DNA of 64,000 nt from Gammaproteobacteria bacterium. GTDB lineage: Bacteria > Pseudomonadota > Gammaproteobacteria > Eutrophobiales > Eutrophobiaceae. The stretch covers positions 448,001-512,000 of the forward strand of contig CAXMWX010000005.1 in assembly GCA_963422205.2 (NCBI GenBank). The letters are read 5' to 3'. Below the pieces are notes generated by a model. That model saw only the letters and a list, made by a program, of their open reading frames with translations, was not told the DNA's origin and did no database searches. The position numbers and the translations under genes were made by a program. Position 1 is the stretch's first letter, and every line of letters begins with the position of its first letter. Positions 18,901 through 27,463 of the stretch are shown here, piece after piece.

Positions 18901-21900
18901 CCCATGTGTGGCGGCATCCCTGACCGCATCAGGGATGTTGCCCGGGGCGTCATTGGCAGACCGATCTGCCGTGTCGGGTGCTGGCCTCATCTCAGGTGCT
19001 GCCGACCTGTCCGTGGCAACGGGCGGGGTGTCGACAATCGGGGGCGCCAGCTCGACAACCGGAGGCGTATCGGGCTGGATGCCGAGCTGCTGCTGCTGTT
19101 GGGTGATAAGTTGCTGAATGGATTGCTGTGCTGCCGCCTGCCCTTGCAGGTATTGTTGATGCAATGCCGCCGTTTGCTCCTGCATCTTTTGCAGGGCGAG
19201 AATGCTCTGCTGGGCGATGGGCAGGGCGCTGTCGGGCGGTACGTGATCCGGCTGCGCCGTCATCGGCAGGTGCGGGGAGGCATCAGCCTGCATCCCGGTG
19301 CGGGTGCCGTGGTCACTCACTGGCCGGGCGGGCGGGGCCTGGGGTGGCTGTGGCGGGGGAGTTACGGGGTCACGTCGGGGCCGCGGGTTGACGTGATTGG
19401 CGCCGCTGACCGTCACCGTCATGGCAGGTTTTTTCTCATTCACGCAGCGATCAAGATAACCTGCATCCCATGGCGTCAAATCCAGGCTGAAGCCGGCCAC
19501 GCTGAGGCGTGCCAGCAAACAGGCCAGATCATATTGGCCGTGGCGGCGGCCCCTGGAGGCATCCAGGGCGATGGCCTGATGCGGCTTGTCGGTCAAAATG
19601 GCCTTGACCAACGATGTCAGGGTATTGCCCGGCCCGACTTCAACGAAGGTATCAATGCCATCGGCGTACATGTTTTCGATCTGACTGACGAACTCCACCG
19701 GCCTTGCCAGTTGGCTGGCGAGTAACTGCCTGGCGGCATCGGCATCCGCCGGATACGGTCTGGCGGTGGCGTTGGCAAAGACGGGCATATCGGCCTTGCC
19801 AAATTCAACATCCTGCAGATACGCAGCGAATGGCCTCTCTGCCGCGGCCACATAGCTGCTGTGAAAAGCCGCCGCCACCGGCAGGCGGCTTGAGCGAATG
19901 CCGCGTCGGGTCAACAGCGCCTCGGCCTCGGCAATCGCCGCCGTGGCGCCGGACAGGACGACCTGGGCCGGGGCATTGTGATTGGCGATGATGAGATCCA
20001 GCGGCTCGGCCTCCAGCATCTCGTGCAGCACGGCGGCGGATGCCGAAGCCGCCAGCATGGCGCCCTGATCATCCTGCTCGCCAACATTGGCCTGCATCAG
20101 CTGGCCGCGCTTGTTCGCCAGCCGAAATAAATCCTGGCGACTGATGCGCCCGGCGGCATACAAGGCGCTGAGCTCGCCAAAGCTGTGCCCTGCCGTGGCA
20201 TGGAACGGCACGGCAAACCGCTGCAATACGTCCAGGGCGCCAATGCTGATGGCACCGATGGCCGGCTGGGCATAGCGAGTGGTACGCAGCTGCTCTGCCT
20301 GCTGTTGTGCCGCCTGTTCGGTAAATACGGACGGCGGATAGATCACATCTGACAGGTAATCGGTTACATCACATTCCCGGCATACTGCATTGGCCAGTTC
20401 CAGAGCCTGGCGCAACTGGGGAGATTGGCAGGCGAGATCAAGCAGCATATTCACATACTGTGCGCCCTGGCCGGGGAACAGCAGGGCCAGCTTGCCGTGC
20501 TCCCCGGTGTGGCTGAAACAGATCCCGTCCGGGCGATGCCATGCAGGTTCATCCGGCGGGCGGGCCAGTATCTCGGCCGCGGCGGCCAGCGTTTGCTGAT
20601 ACTCGGCGGTACGCTCCATGACCATCGCCAGGCGGCAGGGCTGTTGTGCGTCAAACCGGAGTAACGAGCGGGCGGCCACGGCGCGCAACACCGGCCAGGC
20701 AACTGTCGCATCAATATCGGCCAGTTGCTGTTGCAGGCTGTTGATGCTCTCCCCTGACAAGGCGAGCAAGAGCACCTCGCCATCCCATTCAATCTCCGGC
20801 TTGCTCTCTGGCGCCTCTTCCAGCACACAGTGAAAATTGCTGCCGCCAAAACCGAAGGCACTCAGTGCTGCCCGACGTGGCTGGCCGGTCTTGTTCACCC
20901 ACGGACGCTTGCGGGCGTTGACATACACCGGCGCACTGCCGGGCTGAAGCTGTGCCAGCGGCTGCCTGACCTTCAGCGTGGGCGGCAGGACGTGATGCTG
21001 CAAGGCCTTGATCAGCTTGATCATACCGGCGATTCCGGCGGCCGACTTGGTATGGCCGATCATGGATTTTACCGAGCCGATCGCACACCAGCTGCCGCCT
21101 GCATCCATCGGGTGAGGACCTTGGGCCTCGGCCTGCCGATAGACGCTGGACAGCGCCTCGATCTCCACCGCATCGCCGACTTTGGTGCCGGTGCCGTGCG
21201 CCTCAACCAACTCGATACTGCGGGGCGAGACGGCCGCCTCGGCATAGGCACGGCGCAGCGCCTTGCGCTGACCGTCCGCACTGGGAGCATAAATGGCATG
21301 ACCCCGACCATCGCTGGCCGCCCCTATGCCCTTCAACACGGCATAGACCTTATCGCCATCACGTTGTGCATCCGCCAGCCGCTTGAGCACCACCACGCCC
21401 AGGCCCTCGCCCAGAATGGTGCCATCACCTTCGCTGTCAAAGGGCTTGGCATCGCCCGTGGGTGACAAGGCCGGCGTCTTGCTGAAGCACATGTACATGA
21501 AGATATCGTTAAAGGTATCCAGGCCGCCGGTAATCGCCATGTCAGCCCGGTTCGTGTATAACTCCATCGCTGCCATGTGTACGGCGCTCAGGGAGCTGGC
21601 ACAGGCAGCATCGACCACGCAATTCGTACCGCCCAGATCAAACCGGTTGGCAATCCGGCCAGCCGCCACATTGCCCAAAAGACCGGGGAAGGAGTTCTCC
21701 TGCCAGGGAACATACTGCTCGCTGATGCGCTGCACCACCTCCTCGGCGGTGGCGGGATCAACGCCAGCCTCGGCCAGGGCGCGGCGCCAGAGGGGATGCC
21801 CCAGACGGGCGCCCAGCGGGATCACCAGTTCCAGCGTGCCAGTCACCCCCAGGATGACGCTCGTCCGGTCGCGGTCAAACGGGCGCCCATCGTGGTTCTC

Positions 21901-22266
21901 CCTGCTGGTGGCATAGCCGGCATCCAGCAAGGCCTCTCTGGCCACCACCATGCCCAGCAGCTGGGTGGTGTCTGTGGCCTCAATATTTGTCGGGCTTAAA
22001 CCATAGCGCAGCGGGTCGAAATCAACCGGATCAAGGAAGCCGCCGCGGCGGGCATACGTCATATCGGGAACGGCGGGGTCGGCAGCAAAATACTCCGCCG
22101 GGTCCCAGTGGGTTGCCGGGATATCCGTGATGGCATCCACGCCTTCACGAATATTCGTCCAGTATTGCCCGACACTGGCGGCCTTGGGAAACAGGCAGCC
22201 CATGCCGATGATGGCCAGCGGCACGCCCCTGACTGTGGCTTGTTTGCTGTGCTGTTGTGCGCTCAT
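15931..22266 (-). CDS. pfaA: PfaA-type PUFA synthase (KS-AT-ACP-ACP-KR-DH)
   Basis: KS DAACASS, EAHGTGT, GHTK; AT GHSFGE and AAFHS; two ACPs LGIDSIKRVEI; KR GGARGVT and YAAAN; PKS-type DH HHVINGRAVLP. Start MSAQQH overlaps the pfaD stop (ATGA). Confidence 0.92.
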   Translation of the reverse strand: MSAQQHSKQATVRGVPLAIIGMGCLFPKAASVGQYWTNIREGVDAITDIPATHWDPAEYFAADPAVPDMTYARRGGFLDPVDFDPLRYGLSPTNIEATDTTQLLGMVVAREALLDAGYATSRENHDGRPFDRDRTSVILGVTGTLELVIPLGARLGHPLWRRALAEAGVDPATAEEVVQRISEQYVPWQENSFPGLLGNVAAGRIANRFDLGGTNCVVDAACASSLSAVHMAAMELYTNRADMAITGGLDTFNDIFMYMCFSKTPALSPTGDAKPFDSEGDGTILGEGLGVVVLKRLADAQRDGDKVYAVLKGIGAASDGRGHAIYAPSADGQRKALRRAYAEAAVSPRSIELVEAHGTGTKVGDAVEIEALSSVYRQAEAQGPHPMDAGGSWCAIGSVKSMIGHTKSAAGIAGMIKLIKALQHHVLPPTLKVRQPLAQLQPGSAPVYVNARKRPWVNKTGQPRRAALSAFGFGGSNFHCVLEEAPESKPEIEWDGEVLLLALSGESINSLQQQLADIDATVAWPVLRAVAARSLLRFDAQQPCRLAMVMERTAEYQQTLAAAAEILARPPDEPAWHRPDGICFSHTGEHGKLALLFPGQGAQYVNMLLDLACQSPQLRQALELANAVCRECDVTDYLSDVIYPPSVFTEQAAQQQAEQLRTTRYAQPAIGAISIGALDVLQRFAVPFHATAGHSFGELSALYAAGRISRQDLFRLANKRGQLMQANVGEQDDQGAMLAASASAAVLHEMLEAEPLDLIIANHNAPAQVVLSGATAAIAEAEALLTRRGIRSSRLPVAAAFHSSYVAAAERPFAAYLQDVEFGKADMPVFANATARPYPADADAARQLLASQLARPVEFVSQIENMYADGIDTFVEVGPGNTLTSLVKAILTDKPHQAIALDASRGRRHGQYDLACLLARLSVAGFSLDLTPWDAGYLDRCVNEKKPAMTVTVSGANHVNPRPRRDPVTPPPQPPQAPPARPVSDHGTRTGMQADASPHLPMTAQPDHVPPDSALPIAQQSILALQKMQEQTAALHQQYLQGQAAAQQSIQQLITQQQQQLGIQPDTPPVVELAPPIVDTPPVATDRSAAPEMRPAPDTADRSANDAPGNIPDAVRDAATHGQAFFARLLLEVVAEKTGYPVDMLSLEMSLDTDLGIDSIKRVEILSALQERLPAMSKIQPEQLGTFQVLAHIVEYLATDDDLAAPPPAPASTPPPVEAAVADMTWQATMLEVVAEKTGYPPEMLDVDMHLDTDLGIDSIKRVEILSALQERLPAAPAVAPEDLASLQTLRQIIDYMQAAGPATAADARVDAALTEPSPEPSPGPSSELSAGQSVGQSLYRCPVTLVELDDKAGQPLILAADAPLCITDDGSRLPRQLAAQCHAAGINATIIAIDEHPAMPTGGLIILTPPAADAAFIEAGFALMQAVNSEHLQLLVGITRQGGRFALTGSLSASAHSAGISGLIKTADKEWPHVHCKVLDLPADVGETLRERLLPELLTAGPLEVGLTEQHRYAIALRSEAVSASASRLPVFAPGDVVVVSGGARGVTAEVAIALAEQFKVNLLLLGRSELPAKEPDWLQDVNDAAAVRQAIILRQTDASPAIAEKTCQAILAAREIRHNLERMREGGVTVSYQAVDVRHGEAVAACIDKARAELGPISGVIHAAGVLADKLIEDKTAEQFQDVFSTKVAGAEALLRATANDALKAIVMFSSSSARFGRRGQADYAAANEVLNKLAQQQRRQRPSCRVLSLNWGPWDGGMVTPALKQLFASEGVEVIGLRAGAAYLLDELGSKADEVEIVISGSAPAPAYLSEQEQAPAATEAGGLRLAFERLLTVKDYPVLAHHVINGRAVLPAALIAEWLIHGAIHANPGLRFAGLDDLQILKGVTLTGAEQRPLQIMAGTEQGIGDVRYVPVELCSGNRRHARASIILGSQPATNTDHRLGAITGDYALSWPAYYANGQLFHGPLLQSVTEVLACSDTGIQGCAASAPPPSAWMAQPIRSSWYADPALLDAAFQLMILWSFAHSGRGCLPTRIGRYRQFQQRLPRAGVSIISEIVSASEGTARANIEFLDEGQQVIARLDEYECVIDESLNAAFARNTLDKQASLSS
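18442..18878. repeat. Duplicated ACP-coding segments, 300 bp apart
   Basis: 18442-18492 is identical to 18742-18792, and 18548-18578 to 18848-18878. Confidence 0.9.
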
Positions 22267-24017
22267 AGAAGATACTGCTCCAGTTGTGATGGCGTTAATG
22301 GTCTTATCTGCGAAGCCTGCCCGGCCAGCCGAACCCCCTGCTGGCGTAATTGCGTGATACGCATGGCAAGGGCGGCGCCATAGATGAGGTTGCCAGCGAC
22401 TGTCACCACATCGCGGTTCTCCATCTGCTGCAAGAAGCTGCCCTGTGTCCATTCATTGAACGCTCCCATTGCCGGGCCGCACCAGATTTGATAGTCGATC
22501 TGCCGGTCTTCAACGCCAGTATTTGCCCAGCGCGAGGACAGCCCCAGATACCAGCGAAACACCAGCGCCATCCTGTGCCTGGCATCCGTGCGGGCGCGTT
22601 GCAGTTGCGCCGGGTCACGCGGCTGGAAAAAATCGCAGGTCTGACGCCAAACCTCATCCACAGAGCAACGGAAGATCGTCTGCTCAATATTCTGCCTGTC
22701 CTGTGCCGGGATGGCCTCCAGAGAATCGTAGGCACGGTATAGCTCATACAGGCGATTGGCGCGCATGGCGAACAGGCTGCCGCGCTTTAACACCTGCAAC
22801 TTCACGCCCAGCTCAAACATATCCACCGCTGGCGCCATCACGACATCGGCCGGCCCGGCCGCCGCCAGCATGTGGCGCACCCGATCGCTGCTGCCGGATT
22901 CACGACAGCCCTGATTGATCGTGCCGGTCACAATATACGCAGCGCCCATGGCGAATGCTGCTGCCGCCGATACCGGCGTGGCGATACCGCCCCCCAGGCC
23001 GACGCAGAGCGGCTGCTGATATCGATACTGATCCTGCAAACGATCGCGCAGGGCGATGATGGCCGGCAACAGCGCAAGGGCCGGGCGGTTATCGGTATGA
23101 CCGCCGGAATCGGCCTCAACGGTCACATCCTCGGCCATCGGTATGGCCCTGGCCAACTCGGCCTCGGCCGCCGTCAACACGCCCCTGGCGAGCAGCGCCT
23201 TGAGGTGTTTGTCCGGCGGCGGGCTGAACCACTTCTCGGCCACTTCCAGACGCGAACACTTGGCGATGATGCGGTTGGGCGTGACGATCCTGCCTTGCGT
23301 ATCTTCATGGATGCCATGCACACGGTACTGCACCACGGCGGCGGTCAAGTCCATATAGGCGGAGGCCTCTATCAGGCGCAGCCCATTGCCAAGGTAGCAG
23401 TTGACCACGGCCTGCTCCTGGCCGGTCTCGTTCGGGCTGAAGATGAGGTTAGCACAGAAGGGCGTATCGCCCAGGGCGGCCTGTAATGCCTTGATCGACT
23501 CATCGATCCTGACAACATCCAGGCCAGCCGCACCGAAGGAGCCCAGCAAGCCCGCCCTCGCCACGGCGACGACCAGCTCGGTTGAGGCGATGCCGTTGGC
23601 CATGGCCCCGGTCATGTAGGCGAAGCGAATGCCATGCCGCCGGCAAAAAACCGCATCGCCCAGGGCCCGGGCCGAGGTGGGCGGCAGAGCGGCCAGCAAC
23701 GGCAAGGCGAGTTGATCGGCCTGACCGGCGGGCAGGGTCTCATGCGGCCTGTCCTTACCGTCACCGCCCAGCCTGGCCGTGCCGGACGAACTGAAACACA
23801 CCTGCCCGGCCTGCTCAACGGCGAACACCGGTTTATCCAACGGCATCAACACGCCATACACCTGCCCGATCTCGCATAGATCCGCCGGCCTGCCCACCCA
23901 GCGACCCCATGCCCGACTCAATAGCCCGGCGCCCGGCTGGTGCGCTGAGGCAGATGACATCGCCGGGGCGGCGACATCCTCCACACCGAGATCGATTAAA
24001 TCGGAGACCGTACTCAC
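22263..24017 (-). CDS. pfaD: PfaD enoyl reductase (FabK/nitronate-monooxygenase-like)
   Basis: YMTGAMANGIAS, EASAYM, AEDVTVEADSGGHTDNRP, DMFELGVKLQVLKRG, DYQIWCGPAMGAFN. Start uncertain (GTG 24017 or ATG 23960). Confidence 0.9.
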   Translation of the reverse strand: MSTVSDLIDLGVEDVAAPAMSSASAHQPGAGLLSRAWGRWVGRPADLCEIGQVYGVLMPLDKPVFAVEQAGQVCFSSSGTARLGGDGKDRPHETLPAGQADQLALPLLAALPPTSARALGDAVFCRRHGIRFAYMTGAMANGIASTELVVAVARAGLLGSFGAAGLDVVRIDESIKALQAALGDTPFCANLIFSPNETGQEQAVVNCYLGNGLRLIEASAYMDLTAAVVQYRVHGIHEDTQGRIVTPNRIIAKCSRLEVAEKWFSPPPDKHLKALLARGVLTAAEAELARAIPMAEDVTVEADSGGHTDNRPALALLPAIIALRDRLQDQYRYQQPLCVGLGGGIATPVSAAAAFAMGAAYIVTGTINQGCRESGSSDRVRHMLAAAGPADVVMAPAVDMFELGVKLQVLKRGSLFAMRANRLYELYRAYDSLEAIPAQDRQNIEQTIFRCSVDEVWRQTCDFFQPRDPAQLQRARTDARHRMALVFRWYLGLSSRWANTGVEDRQIDYQIWCGPAMGAFNEWTQGSFLQQMENRDVVTVAGNLIYGAALAMRITQLRQQGVRLAGQASQIRPLTPSQLEQYLL

Positions 24018-24265
24018 AGTGAAAACCCAAGCTACTGTTTTATATACCCTTTTATTTGTTTGCTTCGCCTGATGGCGATGCCCGGGCCAAGCCGTAAGCA
24101 AGCCAACTGAAAACCCGGCAGCAGCAGCATCGTACAGCATTCGCCAGCCGGCCTGCCATGCTGCCGTATTATAACGCAGGTATCCAGCAACTTTATGCCA
24201 TTGTGCGTGATTTGTAATTGTTTGCTTAGCATGAGCGAAACAACATACACTTAGGCAACACGGCA

Positions 24266-25939
24266 ATGATCTGTAAGGTGAGTATGGACAGAGTCTGGCA
24301 ACAACACTATGCCGCCGGTACGCCGGCTGAGATTGATCCGGATGCGTGGGCATCGCTTGTCGAACTGCTGCAAAACCGCATCCGCCGGTTTGCCGACCAA
24401 CCCGCCTTCGCCAATGCCGGCAGCCAGTTAAGCTATGCCGAGTTTGATGAGCATGCCCTGGCCCTGGCCGCTTACCTGCAAACCGAGTTGGGTTTAAACA
24501 AAGGCGAGCGCATCGCCTTGATGATGCCCAACATCCTGCCCTATGCCGTTGCCCTGTATGCCGCCTTGCGGGCCGGTCTGGTGGTCGTCAATGTCAACCC
24601 GCTGTACACGCCGCGCGAATTGCTGCATCAGCTAAATGATGCCGGGGCCGGTACGCTCATCGTCTGGGCGGATGTGGCAGCCACCGTGGCCGAAGTCATT
24701 GAGCAAACCGCATTAACCACCGTGATCATCACGCAAACCGCAGACCTGCTGACCATGGAACTGCCGCCAACGGCGGTCGATGTACGCCTCGGCCAGGCCG
24801 TCAAGACGGTGGCGCTCGCTGATGCCTTGATGAGTGGCGGCGCACGGCGCTTTGCCGCACCTCGGCTAACGGGCGATGATCTCGCCTTTCTGCAATACAC
24901 GGGCGGCACCACCGGCGCATCAAAGGGCGCCATGCTCACCCATCGCAACATCATCGCCAATATGTTGCAGGTGTGCGCCATGTTTCAGTCCGTCCTGCAA
25001 GAGGGCGAGGAGATCATCATCACCGCCCTGCCGCTCTACCACATCTATGCGCTGACCTGTAACTTCTTCGCCGGCATCCTGTTCGGCGGCCTGAATGTCC
25101 TGATCACCAACCCGCGCGACTTGCCCGGGCTGGTAGCCACCTTATCGCGCTGGTCGTTCACCTACATGACCGGCGTGAATACCTTATACAACGGCCTGCT
25201 ACATACACCCGGGTTCGCCGAGCTGGATTTCTCAACGCTGCGGCTCTGCTCTGCCGGTGGCATGGCCGTGCAGGGCGCCGTGGCCGACCGCTGGCAGGCG
25301 GTGACCGGCTATGTGCTGACCGAGGGCTATGGCCTGTCGGAGACCTCGCCCGTGCTGACCAGCAACCCTGTGACCATCAGCCAGCACAATGGCTCCATCG
25401 GCCTGCCCGTGCCATCCACCGATATCCGCATCGTTGATGAGGCGGGCAAGGTGCTGGCGATTGGCGAGGCGGGCGAGCTGTGCAGCAAAGGCCCGCAGAT
25501 CATGACCGGCTACTGGCGCGATGCGGCGGCGACTCAACAGGCAATGACGGCGGACGGCTATTTTCGCACTGGCGATATCGCCCGCGTTGATACACGCGGA
25601 TTTTTCTACCTGATCGATCGCAAAAAAGACATGATCCTGGTGTCCGGTTTTAATGTGTACCCGAATGAGGTTGAGGAAGTCATCGCCGGCATGGAGGGCG
25701 TGCTGGAATGCGCCTGCATCGGTGTGCCGGATGCGCGCTCAGGCGAGGCGGTGGTCTTGTATGTCGTCAAACAGGCGGAGGCTGAATTAACGGCCGATCA
25801 GATCATCGCCTGGTGTGCAGACAAGCTGGCCAGGTATAAAACCCCGCAACGCATTGAGTTCACCGATGCCCTGCCCAAAAGCAATGTCGGCAAGATCCTG
25901 CGGCGGGCATTGCGCGAGCAAGGCGACAGCACAAGTTAA
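24266..25939 (+). CDS. fadD: Long-chain fatty acid-CoA ligase
   Basis: LQYTGGTTGASKG, EGYGLSETSP, TGDIA, DRKKDMILVSGFNVYP, LPKSNVGKIL; start may be at 24284. Confidence 0.9.
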   Translation: MICKVSMDRVWQQHYAAGTPAEIDPDAWASLVELLQNRIRRFADQPAFANAGSQLSYAEFDEHALALAAYLQTELGLNKGERIALMMPNILPYAVALYAALRAGLVVVNVNPLYTPRELLHQLNDAGAGTLIVWADVAATVAEVIEQTALTTVIITQTADLLTMELPPTAVDVRLGQAVKTVALADALMSGGARRFAAPRLTGDDLAFLQYTGGTTGASKGAMLTHRNIIANMLQVCAMFQSVLQEGEEIIITALPLYHIYALTCNFFAGILFGGLNVLITNPRDLPGLVATLSRWSFTYMTGVNTLYNGLLHTPGFAELDFSTLRLCSAGGMAVQGAVADRWQAVTGYVLTEGYGLSETSPVLTSNPVTISQHNGSIGLPVPSTDIRIVDEAGKVLAIGEAGELCSKGPQIMTGYWRDAAATQQAMTADGYFRTGDIARVDTRGFFYLIDRKKDMILVSGFNVYPNEVEEVIAGMEGVLECACIGVPDARSGEAVVLYVVKQAEAELTADQIIAWCADKLARYKTPQRIEFTDALPKSNVGKILRRALREQGDSTS

Positions 25940-25948
25940 GGGGATAAG

Positions 25949-26338
25949 ATGAGCGCACCTGTCAGCGGCTTGTATGCGGCGCTCAGCGGCGTGCTCATCG
26001 TTGCGCTGGCTTTTCAGGTGATCCGTGTGCGGCGAAAGACCGCCACCGGGCTGGGCGATGGCGGGCATGATGAATTGCGGCGCGCCATGCGCGTACATGG
26101 CAATGCCATCGAGTATATTCCCGTTTGTTTACTCCTGCTGCTGCTGGCGGAGCTTAACGGCATCCAGGCGCCGTGGTTACATGCGGCGGGCCTGCTGCTC
26201 ATCATCAGCCGCCTTGCCCATGCCCGGGGCTTGAGCAAGTCGGCCGGCATCAGCCCCGGACGCTTCCTTGGCATGGTCGGTACGTTTACTGTCATCATAG
26301 GTTTAGCTGTGCTGAATCTGCTGGCATGGATTGCATGA
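25949..26338 (+). CDS. MAPEG family membrane protein
   Basis: Hydrophobic 129 aa with RAMRVHGNAIEYIP and SRLAHA. Confidence 0.8.
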   Translation: MSAPVSGLYAALSGVLIVALAFQVIRVRRKTATGLGDGGHDELRRAMRVHGNAIEYIPVCLLLLLLAELNGIQAPWLHAAGLLLIISRLAHARGLSKSAGISPGRFLGMVGTFTVIIGLAVLNLLAWIA

Positions 26339-26469
26339 TGGCAACTGCACAGCAAGCTGGCCGGCAGGATCAGCACGTGCAACTGACATGGATTGCGGCA
26401 GCAGCACAGCCCTGTGCATCATGAGATAAAGATGAGGCATCTCATCTGCACGGGTAAACTCAAACCATC

Positions 26470-26931
26470 ATGCCCAACCTGCTTATCATCGCACACACAC
26501 CTTCCGCCAACACCCAGGCACTGAACGATGCTGTCATCAAAGGCGCACAGCATGAAGAGATAAAGGCGGTTACGCTGCGGGCGCTGCCCGCCCTGAAGGC
26601 GACTGCCGAGGATGTACTCTGGGCTAACGGCATTATCCTCGGCAGCACAGAAAACTTTGGCTACATGAGCGGTGCCATAAAAGATTTCTTTGAACGCATT
26701 TACTATCCCTGTCTGGAAAAAACCGAAGCGCTGCCCTATGCCTTGTACATCCGCGCCGGCATCGACGGGCAGGGCGCCCTGATGAGTATGGAGCGAATCA
26801 TCACCGGCCTGAAATGGAAGCAGGTGCAAGAGCCGCTGCTATGCAAGGGAGAGTTCAAACCGGCACACCTGCCCCTCGGCGAAGAGTTCGGCATGACGAT
26901 GGCAGCGGGCCTGGATGCCGGTATTTTCTAA
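26470..26931 (+). CDS. Flavodoxin-fold NAD(P)H-dependent oxidoreductase
   Basis: HTPSANT, TENFGYMSGAIKDFFERIYY, GIDGQG. Confidence 0.8.
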   Translation: MPNLLIIAHTPSANTQALNDAVIKGAQHEEIKAVTLRALPALKATAEDVLWANGIILGSTENFGYMSGAIKDFFERIYYPCLEKTEALPYALYIRAGIDGQGALMSMERIITGLKWKQVQEPLLCKGEFKPAHLPLGEEFGMTMAAGLDAGIF

Positions 26932-27226
26932 GCAGCGACATAAGCGAAATTCGGCAGGGGAAAATAGAAAAGCAGCAGATGAATCGGCTGCCTGACATAT
27001 TGGGTTTGAACTACATTTCGGATTATACTGTAATAATGACGACATAATATTTAGAGTATTTACCTGATTATTTTCAGATAAGGGTTGCCGGCATTGACGG
27101 GAGTCGTGAGCGACGCCGCTTGTTATTTTATCAAAGATCAGTCGCTTTGTCGTACTAATAGCCTGAATACATCACCACCAGCTTTTCCAACTGAAAGCGC
27201 ATTACCACGATAAATATTCGTTAGCG

Positions 27227-27418
27227 ATGTCAGTAGAGAGTTTTAAGAAGCAAGCTGAAAAATACGAGAATGAAATAGCTTTCGAAACCTTTAATCATCT
27301 CCTGTTCAATCCGGCGGATCGCTTAACGGAAAAAGATATATTAGACGATCATCCAAGCCCACTCATGAACTGGCTGATGGACAAGCTCGGCCTTAATGCG
27401 AAGGGAGAAGGTGGTTAA
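27227..27418 (+). CDS. Small AT-rich hypothetical protein or gene fragment at the edge of the R-M island
   Basis: 63-aa ORF with protein-like composition; no motif recognised, no clear RBS. Confidence 0.35.
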   Translation: MSVESFKKQAEKYENEIAFETFNHLLFNPADRLTEKDILDDHPSPLMNWLMDKLGLNAKGEGG

Positions 27419-27463
27419 GTCAACGGGAGATTATAACACTCTAACGAAAAAAGGCAGCGCATA

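Noticed and set aside
27215-27450. Integron-cassette-like boundaries (GTTAGCG...CTCTAAC) around the 63-aa ORF
   Set aside because: Imperfect GTTRRRY/RYYYAAC, no attC-like palindrome and no integrase.
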